From assembly GCA_041740355.1 (NCBI GenBank), contig JBGSMD010000039.1, forward strand, positions 53,411 through 117,410: 64,000 nt of DNA, read 5' to 3'. The notes under the pieces were generated by a model. It was not told the origin of the DNA and made no database searches. It saw only the letters and a list, made by a program, of their open reading frames with translations. The translations under genes and the position numbers were made by a program. Position 1 is the first letter of the stretch. Each line of letters begins with the position of its first letter. This DNA is from Bdellovibrionota bacterium (GTDB taxonomy: Bacteria; Bdellovibrionota_C; UBA2361; CALJRW01). Positions 1 through 10,445 of the stretch are shown one piece after another.

Positions 1-545
1 TGTTGGCTCATAATAAATTCATCCCGAATCCAAAACAAATCTTCATCTCGCTGTGAAGTTAAATCTCGCAGTGGATTTAATCCAGCATGCGCCACGATAA
101 ATTTATCGTAACAAACAATCTTTCTTAAATTTTGAAAGAACTCAATGTGATTTGGGGGAAACTTGGCAAAGATTTCATTAACATCATCTTTTTGATCAAA
201 TCCATAACTAATTAATGTTTGGGCTCCCCCATTTCTAATAAAATTAGCTCCGAATGTCCCGCCTAGTCCCATGAAATCTAAAAACATATCTTCATGATTT
301 CCCTTTAGAAACTTAGTATTTGGAAAATCTTTGGCAAAATCGATTAAAAAATTTACCAGTGAGCAAGATTCATAGCCACGATCAATATAATCCCCAACAA
401 AGACAACTTGATCTGACTGATTTAAAGTTTGTTTTTTCTGAAGATGATCTAATAAGCTAGCTGTCTCTGATAATGTGCCATGAAGATCTCCAACAACAAA
501 AAGTCTTCCTTCATATGTTTCAATTTTACTTACTTGATCATTCAC
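1..545 (-). CDS. Ser/Thr protein phosphatase-like metallophosphoesterase (partial, runs off window start)
   Basis: Manual translation from GTG at 545 (GAAAGG RBS upstream) shows GDLHG, VFVGDYIDRG, LRGNHE and THAG motifs. Confidence 0.85.
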   Translation of the reverse strand, partial: MNDQVSKIETYEGRLFVVGDLHGTLSETASLLDHLQKKQTLNQSDQVVFVGDYIDRGYESCSLVNFLIDFAKDFPNTKFLKGNHEDMFLDFMGLGGTFGANFIRNGGAQTLISYGFDQKDDVNEIFAKFPPNHIEFFQNLRKIVCYDKFIVAHAGLNPLRDLTSQRDEDLFWIRDEFIMSQ

Positions 546-609
546 AATAATTACCTTTCATCTGGACAGAGCTAGGGCAGATTAATACACTACTTTAAAT
601 TAATCTAGA

Positions 610-2415
610 CTATTCCTCATTCAACCTTAAAACAGCTAGAAATGCCTCCTGCGGAATCTCCACTTTACCGACACTCTTCATCCGTTTTTTACCTTTTTTC
701 TGCTTGTCCAACAATTTACGCTTTCGACTAATGTCACCGCCATAGCACTTTGCTGTTACATTTTTACGTAATGCTTTAACCGTACTTCGAGCAATAATCT
801 TAGCTCCGATGGCAGCTTGGATTGCAACATCAAACATCTGTCGATCAATAATTTCTTCCAATTTTTCAGTAAGAATTTTTCCTCGGTGAAATGCTTGATC
901 CCGGTGAATAATAATTGATAAGGCATCAACATTTTCCCCATTAAGCTTAATATCAAGCTTAACAAGATTATCTTGGCGATAGCTCTTAACTTCATAATCA
1001 AATGAAGCATAACCACGAGTTCGACTCTTAACACGATCATGAAAATCTAAGATTACTTCACTAAGTGGTAATTCATAAACTAAAACAGCACGAGTCTCAC
1101 CAAAAAAATCCATACTAATTTGAATTCCACGCTTTTCTTCGCAGAGTTTAATTAGATTACCTAAATATTCCTTAGGCGAGTGAATTGTAACATGAGCAAT
1201 AGGTTCTTCAATAAAATCAATATCTCCTGGATCGGGCATCTTAATCGGAGTATCGACATTAATGACTGTTCCGTCATTATGTCTTACTCGGTAAACAACA
1301 CTTGGCGCCGTTGTAATTAGATCTAATAAAAATTCACGCTCTAATCGCTCTTGAATAATTTCCATGTGCAAGAGTCCGAGATATCCACAACGAAAACCAA
1401 ATCCTAAAGCAACAGAACTCTCTGGTTCAAAAGTAAAAGAGGCATCATTTAAACTAAGTTTTTCAAGCGCCGTTCTTAAGCTTTCATAATCAGCAGCATC
1501 AATCGGAAAAAGTCCACCAAAAACCATTGGCTTAACTTCTTTATATCCAGGTAATGCTTCCACTTCAGCTTTTGCAAATGTAACGGTGTCTCCAATCTTT
1601 ACATCATGTAGATCTTTGATTGAGGCTGATAAGTAACCAACTTCGCCGGAAGATAGACTAGCAACTTCTTTAGCATGCGGAGTGAACATCCCAAGTTTAT
1701 AAACTTCGTATTCCGCACCGGTTTGAATAAATTTAATTTTATCACCCTTTTTGATTGCCCCATCAAAAACTCGTACTTGAATTAAGACACCAAGATAGGA
1801 ATCAAACCATGAATCATAAACTAGAGCTCTTAGTGGTGCATTAACATCCCCTCGAGTTGGAGGTGGGACTCTTTTAACAATAGCTTCCAACATTTCTTCA
1901 ATCCCGATTCCAGTTTTACCACTTACATGTAGGGCTTCACTGGCATCGATTCCGATCACATTCTCAATTTCTTCAGCAACACGATCAGGATCCGCACTAT
2001 TTAAATCAATTTTGTTAAGTGCTGGAATAATTTCTAAATTATTATCAATTGCTAAGTAAACATTGGCCAAAGTTTGCGCTTCTACACCTTGAGTAGCATC
2101 AACAACTAACAATGCTCCCTCACAGGCAGAGAGACTTCGGGAAACTTCATAACTAAAATCAACGTGCCCAGGAGTATCAATTAAGTTCAAACGGTAAGTA
2201 ATTCCATCTTTCGCTGGATAATTAATACAAACTGTTTGAGCTTTAATAGTAATCCCACGCTCTCTCTCAATATCCATTTTATCTAAAAATTGAGATTGCA
2301 TTTCCCTAGAAGTTAGCGCTTTGGTAAATTCCAAAATTCGATCAGCGAGTGTCGACTTACCATGGTCGATGTGGGCTATGATACTGAAGTTACGTATTAG
2401 TGATTTATTGTACAT
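610..2415 (-). CDS. lepA: Elongation factor 4 (translational GTPase)
   Basis: [31 protein letters not shown] and the LepA C-terminal [19 protein letters not shown]. Confidence 0.98.
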   Translation of the reverse strand: MYNKSLIRNFSIIAHIDHGKSTLADRILEFTKALTSREMQSQFLDKMDIERERGITIKAQTVCINYPAKDGITYRLNLIDTPGHVDFSYEVSRSLSACEGALLVVDATQGVEAQTLANVYLAIDNNLEIIPALNKIDLNSADPDRVAEEIENVIGIDASEALHVSGKTGIGIEEMLEAIVKRVPPPTRGDVNAPLRALVYDSWFDSYLGVLIQVRVFDGAIKKGDKIKFIQTGAEYEVYKLGMFTPHAKEVASLSSGEVGYLSASIKDLHDVKIGDTVTFAKAEVEALPGYKEVKPMVFGGLFPIDAADYESLRTALEKLSLNDASFTFEPESSVALGFGFRCGYLGLLHMEIIQERLEREFLLDLITTAPSVVYRVRHNDGTVINVDTPIKMPDPGDIDFIEEPIAHVTIHSPKEYLGNLIKLCEEKRGIQISMDFFGETRAVLVYELPLSEVILDFHDRVKSRTRGYASFDYEVKSYRQDNLVKLDIKLNGENVDALSIIIHRDQAFHRGKILTEKLEEIIDRQMFDVAIQAAIGAKIIARSTVKALRKNVTAKCYGGDISRKRKLLDKQKKGKKRMKSVGKVEIPQEAFLAVLRLNEE

Positions 2416-2521
2416 ACTACTAGGAAAAAAATGCTGTTTGCTCGTTTAAGCGTTTGAAATTTTTACAAAAAATTTCATCGGCAATGATACTGAAGTTACG
2501 AATGAGACTCTTATTATACAT
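2378..2521 (-). mobile_element. Integration scar or micro-element at the lepA 5' end (att-like 17-bp direct repeat plus duplicated first 14 codons)
   Basis: ATGATACTGAAGTTACG occurs at 2378-2394 and 2484-2500. The upstream copy encodes [14 protein letters not shown] with only synonymous differences, as part of a 33-aa uORF at 2521-2420. Confidence 0.7.
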
Positions 2522-2602
2522 ATGGGTACAAAACTATATTCTTGGCATTTAAAGCATTTCAAGTTAACGAGTGCGAAATGATATCACAACTAGTAATTTA
2601 GT

Positions 2603-2726
2603 GTAAGCTTTCAAGTTTATTCGAGTTCTAGGAAGAAGGTTCTTCTCAAGCGCAGCTGTACTTGGAGTACAGCGAGCATTGAGAGGGTTCTTCTGACGTC
2701 GAAATCGGATAAAATTGAAAGCTTAC
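2603..2726. repeat. 124-bp imperfect palindromic repeat (RPE/REP-like) overlapping the galE-like stop codon
   Basis: Ends GTAAGCTTTCAAGTTTATTCGA and TCGGATAAAATTGAAAGCTTAC are near-complementary; central stem GCTGTAC-ttgga-GTACAGC. Confidence 0.7.
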
Positions 2727-3643
2727 TGATGACTGGCAAACCACTGATAAGTGTCTTGAAGTCCGGAGGCTAAATCTAATTTTGGAGACCAGCCCAGTAA
2801 TTCTTTAGCTCTTGTGGAGGTAATTACACTGCGTTCCTGATCCCCTGCTCTTTGAGGCCCATAACTGGCTGGAATATTAAAGTTACCAGCTTTTATAATT
2901 TGCTGGTAAAGTTCATTTACTGAAGTTTCAATTCCAGTGCCAATATTGAAAGTATTAGTTATCCGTTGCTCTATAACAGATTCAATTGCCGAAACAACAT
3001 CTAAGACATTCACATAATCTCTAGTAAATTTACCTGTGCCATTTATTGTTGGAATTTCACCACTAAGTAACTTCTTCAAAAATATTGCTACAACTCCAGC
3101 TTCACCATGAGGATTTTGTCGAGGTCCATAAACATTAGCTAAGCGCAAAACTGCATACTTGAGTCCATAAACTCTCTGCCAAAGTGCTAAGTATTGCTCC
3201 ACCACTGCTTTTGACTGACCATAAACACTTGTTGGTCGTAAAGCATGATCTTCTGGTGCAGGAAAAACATCTTGTTCTCCATATAGAGCACCACCAGTGG
3301 AAATAAAAACAAAGAAAGGAAAATTATGTTTATCTAAGGCATTCAGTAAGTTTACAGTACCTTGCACATTGACTTTCACATCATGCAAAGGATCTTTCAT
3401 GCTATCACTTACGGACATCTGAGCAGCTGTGTGAATAATAATATCTGGCTTAAAATACTTTATGGTATGAGCCGCTTCGGCATCGCAAATATCTTGTTGG
3501 AAAAACTGTGCCCGATCAGACAAATTATCAAGTGACCCGCTAGACAGATCGTCAATCACTGCAACTTCAAAGTTTTTTGCAACTAAACGATCCACTACAT
3601 GCGAACCAATAAACCCTGCTCCTCCAGTAACTAATGCTCTCAT
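2723..3643 (-). CDS. NAD-dependent epimerase, UDP-glucose 4-epimerase family
   Basis: [28 protein letters not shown]. Confidence 0.9.
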   Translation of the reverse strand: MRALVTGGAGFIGSHVVDRLVAKNFEVAVIDDLSSGSLDNLSDRAQFFQQDICDAEAAHTIKYFKPDIIIHTAAQMSVSDSMKDPLHDVKVNVQGTVNLLNALDKHNFPFFVFISTGGALYGEQDVFPAPEDHALRPTSVYGQSKAVVEQYLALWQRVYGLKYAVLRLANVYGPRQNPHGEAGVVAIFLKKLLSGEIPTINGTGKFTRDYVNVLDVVSAIESVIEQRITNTFNIGTGIETSVNELYQQIIKAGNFNIPASYGPQRAGDQERSVITSTRAKELLGWSPKLDLASGLQDTYQWFASHQ

Positions 3644-4572
3644 TACATTCTTGCTTTAAAATCACTAATTGTTTTGCCTAATCCGGTTTCTAAATTAATA
3701 ACTGGCTCCCAAGCAAGTTCACTCTTAGCTAAACTAATATCAGGCTTACGACGCATTGGGTCATTCACTCGAAAATCTTGATAAACAAGTTCGGACTTGC
3801 TTTCGGTCATAGCAATTACTTGCTGAGCTAATTCTAAAATAGTCATCTCCTTAGGATTTCCTAAATTCACAGGTCCACTAAAACCATCTTTATTCATCGT
3901 CGCAATAATTCCATTTACTAAATCACTACAGTAACAAAAAGACCTAGTCTGCGATCCATCACCATGAATTTCAATTTTTTCATTATTAAGCGCTTTCACA
4001 ATAAAATTAGAAACTACTCGACCATCATCAAATAACATCCGTGGACCATAAGTATTAAAAATACGAATAATTTTGGCATCTACACCATTATGAATTCGGT
4101 AATCATTAGTTAATGTTTCCGCCACACGCTTCCCTTCATCATAACAACTTCTTGGACCAACTGTATTTACATTTCCATAATATGATTCACGTTGAGGGTG
4201 CTCTAGCGGATCGCCATAAACTTCAGAGGTCGAAGCCATTAAAAATTTTGCGCCAACGCGCTTGGCAAGTCCCAACATATTGATCGTCCCAATTACACTA
4301 GTTTTAATAGTCTTAATTGGGTTGTATTGATAATGAACAGGTGATGCTGGACAGGCCATGTGATAAATCTCATCAACTTCTAGCAAAATTGGCAATGTTA
4401 CATCATGACGAATAAATTCAAATTTAGAGCTTTTTTCAGCATCAACTAAATTTATTTTTCTTCCCGTAAATAGGTTATCCAAAGCTAGTACTTCATGACC
4501 TTGCGATAAAAGCTGATCACATAAGTGTGAACCAATAAAACCGGCTCCACCGGTAACTAGTATTCTTGACAT
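3643..4572 (-). CDS. UDP-glucuronate decarboxylase (UDP-xylose synthase)
   Basis: [43 protein letters not shown]. Confidence 0.92.
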   Translation of the reverse strand: MSRILVTGGAGFIGSHLCDQLLSQGHEVLALDNLFTGRKINLVDAEKSSKFEFIRHDVTLPILLEVDEIYHMACPASPVHYQYNPIKTIKTSVIGTINMLGLAKRVGAKFLMASTSEVYGDPLEHPQRESYYGNVNTVGPRSCYDEGKRVAETLTNDYRIHNGVDAKIIRIFNTYGPRMLFDDGRVVSNFIVKALNNEKIEIHGDGSQTRSFCYCSDLVNGIIATMNKDGFSGPVNLGNPKEMTILELAQQVIAMTESKSELVYQDFRVNDPMRRKPDISLAKSELAWEPVINLETGLGKTISDFKARM

Positions 4573-4576
4573 TGAA

Positions 4577-5902
4577 TTAAACTCCTAAAACTGTTGCGCG
4601 ACCGATAGAATGATATGTTAAACCAAAATTGGCAACCATCTCGGGATCAAATAAATTTCTGCCGTCAAACATCACTTTGTCTTTAACCTTACTTGCTATT
4701 ATCTTAAAATCCGGATTACGAAATTCGTTCCATTCAGTACATACAATTAAGGCATCAACATTTTCTAATGCTTGATAACTTTGCTCAAAATAGCTGATGG
4801 CATCGTTTTGCCCAAAGTATTCAGGGAATGTTTTTAGTGCTTCCGGATCGTATGCTTGAATCTTAGCTCCACGACCAATAAGTTCACGACAAATTGTTTG
4901 GGCAGGAGCTTCTCGCACATCATCTGTCTGTGGTTTGAAAGCTAAGCCCCAAACAGCGAATGTCTTGCCACAGATTTTTTCATTACCATAGTGACTTAAG
5001 ATTTTTTTAATAATCAACTGCTTTTGTAAATAATTCACATCCTCCACCGCCGTAGCAATTTTAAGATCCACTCCATTATCCTTAGCAGTTCTAACTAAAG
5101 CCTGAACATCTTTTGGAAAACAAGAGCCCCCGTAACCAATACCTGGAAAAAGAAAGCTCATCCCAATTCGAGCATCTGTTCCCATGCCAAGTCTAACTTT
5201 AGTAACATCAGCGCCAACTTTTTCGCAAAGCAGAGAAATCTCATTCATAAATGAGATTCGCGTTGCTAACATGGCATTGGCGGCATACTTAGTCATTTCA
5301 GCGGAAGCAACATCCATGAAAATTATTGGATTGTTAGTTCTAACAAAAGGAGCATAAAGCTCTTTCATGATTTTAGTAGCTCGCTCACTTTCCACGCCGA
5401 CTACAACTCGGTCAGGCTTTAAAAAATCATCAAGTGCAGCTCCTTCCTTAAGAAACTCAGGATTAGAGACAACATCAAATTCTTGATCACTGTATTCCGC
5501 AATTACAGCTTTAACTTTGGCCGCAGTTCCAACTGGTACCGTTGATTTATCAACAATAACTTTATATCCATTAAGATTCTTCCCAATTCCTTCCGCAACT
5601 TTTAGAACATGTTGTAAATCAGCCGCACCATCTTCATCTTGTGGCGTACCAACAGCGACAAATATTACGGTAGAATCTTCAACGCCTTTTTTTAGATTAC
5701 TTGTAAAAGTTAAACGCTTTTTACCAATATTCCTAGCTAATAAATCACTTAGTCCTGGCTCATAAATTGGACATTCGCCATTATTCAATTTGGCAATTTT
5801 ATCTTCATTGATATCAACACCGATAACCTGATTACCATGCTCCGCAAAACAAGCAGCAGCGACTAAACCAACATATCCACTTCCGATAACACAAATATTC
5901 AC
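4577..5902 (-). CDS. ugd: UDP-glucose 6-dehydrogenase (probable GTG start at 5902)
   Basis: [34 protein letters not shown]. Confidence 0.95.
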   Translation of the reverse strand: MNICVIGSGYVGLVAAACFAEHGNQVIGVDINEDKIAKLNNGECPIYEPGLSDLLARNIGKKRLTFTSNLKKGVEDSTVIFVAVGTPQDEDGAADLQHVLKVAEGIGKNLNGYKVIVDKSTVPVGTAAKVKAVIAEYSDQEFDVVSNPEFLKEGAALDDFLKPDRVVVGVESERATKIMKELYAPFVRTNNPIIFMDVASAEMTKYAANAMLATRISFMNEISLLCEKVGADVTKVRLGMGTDARIGMSFLFPGIGYGGSCFPKDVQALVRTAKDNGVDLKIATAVEDVNYLQKQLIIKKILSHYGNEKICGKTFAVWGLAFKPQTDDVREAPAQTICRELIGRGAKIQAYDPEALKTFPEYFGQNDAISYFEQSYQALENVDALIVCTEWNEFRNPDFKIIASKVKDKVMFDGRNLFDPEMVANFGLTYHSIGRATVLGV

Positions 5903-6184
5903 GGGCCCCCCAAAGTAGTTCGAATAAATCAGCAAAATCAATCGCTTACTGATTTTTTCTAAACCGTAATAAATCTTTGTTAATTTATTACACTTTTTTA
6001 CAGATAGTGGCTAGTAGTCTGCTTTTTTGTCTTTGACTGCTAATTATTGGTTTTTCTAGCATATCTCAATTTAGTTTATTCCCCATTTTTTAAATTTTAA
6101 GAACAACTAAAAGCCACTATTTTCGATTCACAAGTGCAAATTAAGTAACTCCATTATTGAATAATAGATACGGAATAAACTATA

Positions 6185-6538
6185 ATGAAATTTAAAGAGA
6201 TGATAAAGCTAATTGAAGCAGATGGTTGGATTTTAGTAAGAACAAAAGGTAGTCATCAGCAATTTAAACATCCAGTTAAAAATGGAATTGTGACTGTTGC
6301 TGGTAAAGGTATTTCCGAGATTGCACCAGGAACATTATAGTGAGTCCAAAAAATAAATTACTTTAAAAGACTATCGACTTTGCTTGGACTCACTATTTAT
6401 GTTGTTTTTAGCTATGCAAACTTGGATAAAACCAAGATTTGCATTAGCCGTAATGACTCTGTTCAATTTACTAACGTAAATTGTCTTGTCTTTACTATAA
6501 ACAGCATACTTAAACAAGCAGGACTGAAAAATGATTAA
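6185..6538 (+). pseudogene. hicA: HicA mRNA interferase toxin interrupted by a MITE
   Basis: MKFKEMIKLIEADGWILVRTKGSHQQFKHP...APGTL, then the insertion, then NSILKQAGLKND*; directly upstream of and overlapping hicB. Confidence 0.9.
6338..6497 (+). mobile_element. 160-bp MITE with TA target duplication (copy 1)
   Basis: TA at 6336-37 and 6498-99; ends TAGTGAGTCC...GTCTTTACTA; close copies at 36417 and 63866; removing it restores the hicA ORF. Confidence 0.9.
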
Positions 6539-6752
6539 AAAATATTTAGTAATTATTGAAGAAACAAACACCGGATATTCCGCTTATTGCCCTGATTTAC
6601 CAGGATGCATTGCCACTGGAAAGACTAATCGAGAAGTTGAAAAAAACATGACCGAAGCAATTGAATTTCATTTAAAAGGTTTAATAAACAATGGTTTCAG
6701 AATTCCTATACCTAAGAGTTACTCAACCTATCATGAAGTTAAAGCAGCCTAA
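6531..6752 (+). CDS. hicB: HicB family antitoxin
   Basis: YSAYCPDLPGCIATGKT...EAIEFHL. Confidence 0.9.
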   Translation: MIKKYLVIIEETNTGYSAYCPDLPGCIATGKTNREVEKNMTEAIEFHLKGLINNGFRIPIPKSYSTYHEVKAA

Positions 6753-6770
6753 AATCAAATGACCTAATCA

Positions 6771-8174
6771 CTAATAAGCATTTTTATTGATTAGACCCTT
6801 AAAAAAGGTCATGAGTAAAATCTTAATATCAAAAAATAGCGACCAATTGGTAATGTAGTAGAGATCAAATTCTATCCGCTTATCAATGGAAGTGTTGCCT
6901 CTCCAACCATTAACTTGTGCCCATCCAGTGATTCCCGCAGGAACTTTATGACGAAGCATATAATTAGGAATCTTATGGCGAAAATCCGAGATATAAACTG
7001 GACGTTCCGGCCTTGGCCCAACTAAGGACATGTCCCCTCGAAAAACGTTAAACAACTGAGGAAATTCATCCAAACTAGTAGAACGTAAAATTTTACCGAT
7101 CCAAGTTACTCGACAATCGTTTTTTGTTGTCCAGCCAGGACCTTCCTGTTCGGCATCAAACGTCATGGTCCTAAATTTATAAATATTGAAGGTCTTGCCA
7201 TCAAGACTAGCTCGCTCTTGCTTGTAAAATACGGGACCACGAGAAGAATATTTAACTATAATAGCAATAAGCAAAAATAGCGGAGAAAGTATAAGTAAAC
7301 CAATAAATGAAGAAACTAGATCAAAGAATCTTTTTGCTTGAAGATTAATCCCATTTAAAGGTGAATCTTGAATGTTAATAACAGGCAAACCTTCAAACTC
7401 TTCAATTGACCCACCGACGCTAACAAAGCGATAAATGTCCGGAATAATTTTAATATCCACTAAAGAATCACCAGTTCGTTCTAATATCTCAGTAAGCAAA
7501 TAATGATCTTCTAGTGGTAGTGCTATCACGATTTGATCAATTGCTTTCTCTTCCAAGAGGCGATCTAAATCATAGTAAGAACCTAAAACAGGCATCCCCC
7601 ACGGTCCCTTTTCCTCAGTCCCAGTTTTAGATATACATCCAATTAATTGAATTCCTAGCTCACGGTGCAACCTAACTCGACTAGCAATATCAGCTGCTAC
7701 CTGACCAGCACCTACAATTAACATGTAACGTAAGTTGTAGCCTTTACGGCGAACTTCTCGCAGGAAAAACCTTAAGAATAATCTTTCTGCAATTGAAAAA
7801 ATTGTTGCTGCGACCCCAAAGTAAATAAAAACTAACCTAGAAAAGGCAATTTCCTTTTCTTTTAATAAAAATGTTAGTGCTATTAAAATCAATACTGCAA
7901 CTAAATTGGCATTAATCAACAACAGTATTTCTTTTGTGCGACGAACACCCCGCATCGGCTTATACAGTCCGGTTCGTTTATATACCGTTGCCCAAATTAC
8001 CCAAATATATACCATCATGAATAAATATTCAGTGAAGGATGGTAATCCATAATATACTGGGACCCAGCCACTATGGAAGCGGAGCCAAAAAGCAAAAATC
8101 CACGCGATGCTAATGACGATCAAATCGGCAATTACATAAAGGATCTCAAAAAATTGTCTTTTTTGCTTAAGCAT
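6771..8174 (-). CDS. Undecaprenyl-phosphate glucose phosphotransferase (WcaJ-like)
   Basis: N-terminal TM helices, KRFFD, YKFRTM, DEFPQLFNV, MSLVGPRPE, GITGWAQ. Confidence 0.93.
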   Translation of the reverse strand: MLKQKRQFFEILYVIADLIVISIAWIFAFWLRFHSGWVPVYYGLPSFTEYLFMMVYIWVIWATVYKRTGLYKPMRGVRRTKEILLLINANLVAVLILIALTFLLKEKEIAFSRLVFIYFGVAATIFSIAERLFLRFFLREVRRKGYNLRYMLIVGAGQVAADIASRVRLHRELGIQLIGCISKTGTEEKGPWGMPVLGSYYDLDRLLEEKAIDQIVIALPLEDHYLLTEILERTGDSLVDIKIIPDIYRFVSVGGSIEEFEGLPVINIQDSPLNGINLQAKRFFDLVSSFIGLLILSPLFLLIAIIVKYSSRGPVFYKQERASLDGKTFNIYKFRTMTFDAEQEGPGWTTKNDCRVTWIGKILRSTSLDEFPQLFNVFRGDMSLVGPRPERPVYISDFRHKIPNYMLRHKVPAGITGWAQVNGWRGNTSIDKRIEFDLYYITNWSLFFDIKILLMTFFKGLINKNAY

Positions 8175-8185
8175 TAATAGTGATT

Positions 8186-9340
8186 TTATCGTTTTGTGCT
8201 GAGATGTCCAGACTCAATTAAAGTTTTAATTAGAGCATACCAACTAGTTCTAAAATGTTCTAAGTCAAACTTTTTGGCTTGTAAGCGACAATCTTCTGCT
8301 AGAAATGATTCTTCCTGGCTAATAAAACATTTAACACCTTCGTTTATTTCATAAACTAGATTTTCATATTTATAACGAAAGAAAACACCTGTGCGCTGTC
8401 CACATTGGTCTGAGATATCTTCCCAATATTTAAGATTTTCTAAACTTTCTCTTAAGGCGCCAGTGTAAGGGGCAATAACTGGTAAACCACAAGCTAAACT
8501 TTCCACAGGTATTAAACCAAAATCTTCTTTAGCAGCAAAGATTAAAGCTCGTGATTGCTGATAGAGTTCCGCCAATTGCTTGTCACTTACTTTTCCCAGA
8601 AATTTGATATTAGCTTTGCTGATACTTTGCAATTTTTCCCTCTGAGGACCAGTACCAGCAATTACCAAAGGAAGACCGTTCAAATTAAATGCTTCCACAA
8701 TTTGAGTCACATTTTTGTATGGGACCAAAGCACCCGCGTATAAAAAAGATTGATTCCGACGATTCTCATTGCTAAGTTCTGGCTCTAACCAAAAATCTTT
8801 AATAGGTGGATAAATTACAACCGAGGTTCTCTTATAAAAACATCGAATGCGTGCGGCTACAAACCTACTAATTCCAACAAACTGAGTTACTCCTTTGACA
8901 CAATAGCGATCCCAAAAACGAAGTGTTAAAAGAATTGGCGCAAAAAAATAGCTAAGCCAGCCAAAGTAATTTAACATTTGATCCCAGGCATAACGCATCG
9001 GCGTAAAACAATAGCAGACATGACAAGCTGGAGCTTTAACTAAAACATTTTTTGCCACGGCATGGTTTAGTGAAATGACTAAATCATATCCCTCAACTTT
9101 TAGATTACGAACAGCAAAAGGAAATAATGGTAATAGCCACCGATAAATCAGGGCGATGTACGGAATTTTATTTAAAAATGAAACTTGCTTAACCCGAGCA
9201 TCAATTTGAGAATTTGTAGTCCCAGGAATATGAATTAGAGTAAAAATATCAGCTTCAGGGTAGAGATTAAGAAATTCCTCTAAGCAACGCTCCCCACCTC
9301 GCATCCCTGTTAACCAATCATGTACTAATGCTACTTTCAT
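8186..9340 (-). CDS. Glycosyltransferase family 4
   Basis: VHDWLTGMRGGE, EDFGLIPVES. Confidence 0.9.
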   Translation of the reverse strand: MKVALVHDWLTGMRGGERCLEEFLNLYPEADIFTLIHIPGTTNSQIDARVKQVSFLNKIPYIALIYRWLLPLFPFAVRNLKVEGYDLVISLNHAVAKNVLVKAPACHVCYCFTPMRYAWDQMLNYFGWLSYFFAPILLTLRFWDRYCVKGVTQFVGISRFVAARIRCFYKRTSVVIYPPIKDFWLEPELSNENRRNQSFLYAGALVPYKNVTQIVEAFNLNGLPLVIAGTGPQREKLQSISKANIKFLGKVSDKQLAELYQQSRALIFAAKEDFGLIPVESLACGLPVIAPYTGALRESLENLKYWEDISDQCGQRTGVFFRYKYENLVYEINEGVKCFISQEESFLAEDCRLQAKKFDLEHFRTSWYALIKTLIESGHLSTKR

Positions 9341-10442
9341 TACTTAGGATTTTTCTATAATAATCTAGTAATTTATCAGATAAACTTAAAAGATCATAAT
9401 TACTTAATTCATAACTATACTTCTTCCTACTATCCTGCTCATAGAATTTAAGAATTGCCTTTGCTAATGATTCCTGGCTAAAATCCACCGCAACGACATC
9501 TCCATTACCAATTAATTCTTGAATCGCTGGAATTGGACGAACAATCACTGGTGTGCCTTGGCTATGTGCTTGAAGAACTGGCAAAGAAAACCCTTCCACT
9601 AACGAAGGGACTACTAAAGCTTCGGCTTGTGCCATTGTGCTTACTAATTCCGCATCAGATAAAGCACCTAAATTAATAATTTGCGGGTAATCCCGTAATA
9701 TTTTTTGGACATGAGGATTTGTAACTTTTTCTAGCTCCTTACCCACTAGTACCAAATAAAAATCCTTAGGGATTTGCTGCTTGAGAATTAACTGACTAAA
9801 TACTTTTAATAAATCAAGACAACCTTTATGAGGTTTTAAATTAGAGAAAAGTGCCATGATAAATTTCTTGGCTTCGATTCGTGGATTTTTAATCGTCGAA
9901 ACTTCTTTACTGGACTCCCTGAAATTTTGACTAATTACATTTGGAATAATAGTTAGCTTATTGGCTACAAATTGATGGAAATATTTTTTAATGATTCCGG
10001 CAGATGACTTACTAACAGTTAAAACTCCAGTAGCCTGCTTAATTGAATTTCCAATAATTAGTTTGGCTATAAGTGGATAATAAAACTTTTCAGGATGAGT
10101 GATTTGAATTAGATCGTGGATTGTAATCACGCTGGGGATCGGCAAATTACGCGGTATTGTTATGAATGGCGTATGATAAAGATCAAATTCTGTAAAATCT
10201 ATTCTTTTGGTAAGATTAAAATACTCGTCTAAGGAAAGTACTTTTGCCAAATCTTCTTTCCAGTCCACCAAATTTAACCAAGAAAAATTTTCAGCTAAGA
10301 TTTTATTTTTTTGATGAGGATTAATTAACAAGCAAAGTTTAAATTCAGTGCTTCGCGCAAGTGCTTCGATTAAATTTCGGGTATAAACTCCAATACCACC
10401 ATCAAATATCTTACGAGCATCAAGTATTAGTCGGATCGTCAC
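9318..10442 (-). CDS. Glycosyltransferase family 4
   Basis: GGIGVY, TIHDL, PSLVEGFSLP. Confidence 0.87.
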   Translation of the reverse strand: MTIRLILDARKIFDGGIGVYTRNLIEALARSTEFKLCLLINPHQKNKILAENFSWLNLVDWKEDLAKVLSLDEYFNLTKRIDFTEFDLYHTPFITIPRNLPIPSVITIHDLIQITHPEKFYYPLIAKLIIGNSIKQATGVLTVSKSSAGIIKKYFHQFVANKLTIIPNVISQNFRESSKEVSTIKNPRIEAKKFIMALFSNLKPHKGCLDLLKVFSQLILKQQIPKDFYLVLVGKELEKVTNPHVQKILRDYPQIINLGALSDAELVSTMAQAEALVVPSLVEGFSLPVLQAHSQGTPVIVRPIPAIQELIGNGDVVAVDFSQESLAKAILKFYEQDSRKKYSYELSNYDLLSLSDKLLDYYRKILSNESSIST

Positions 10443-10445
10443 TCG

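Noticed and set aside
6338-6343. TAG TGA in hicA as evidence of stop-codon recoding
   Set aside because: TAG and TGA terminate many normal genes in this window; these two stops belong to the MITE end
6371-6571. 66-aa minus-strand ORF
   Set aside because: Runs antisense across the MITE and the hicA/hicB junction; not a plausible gene
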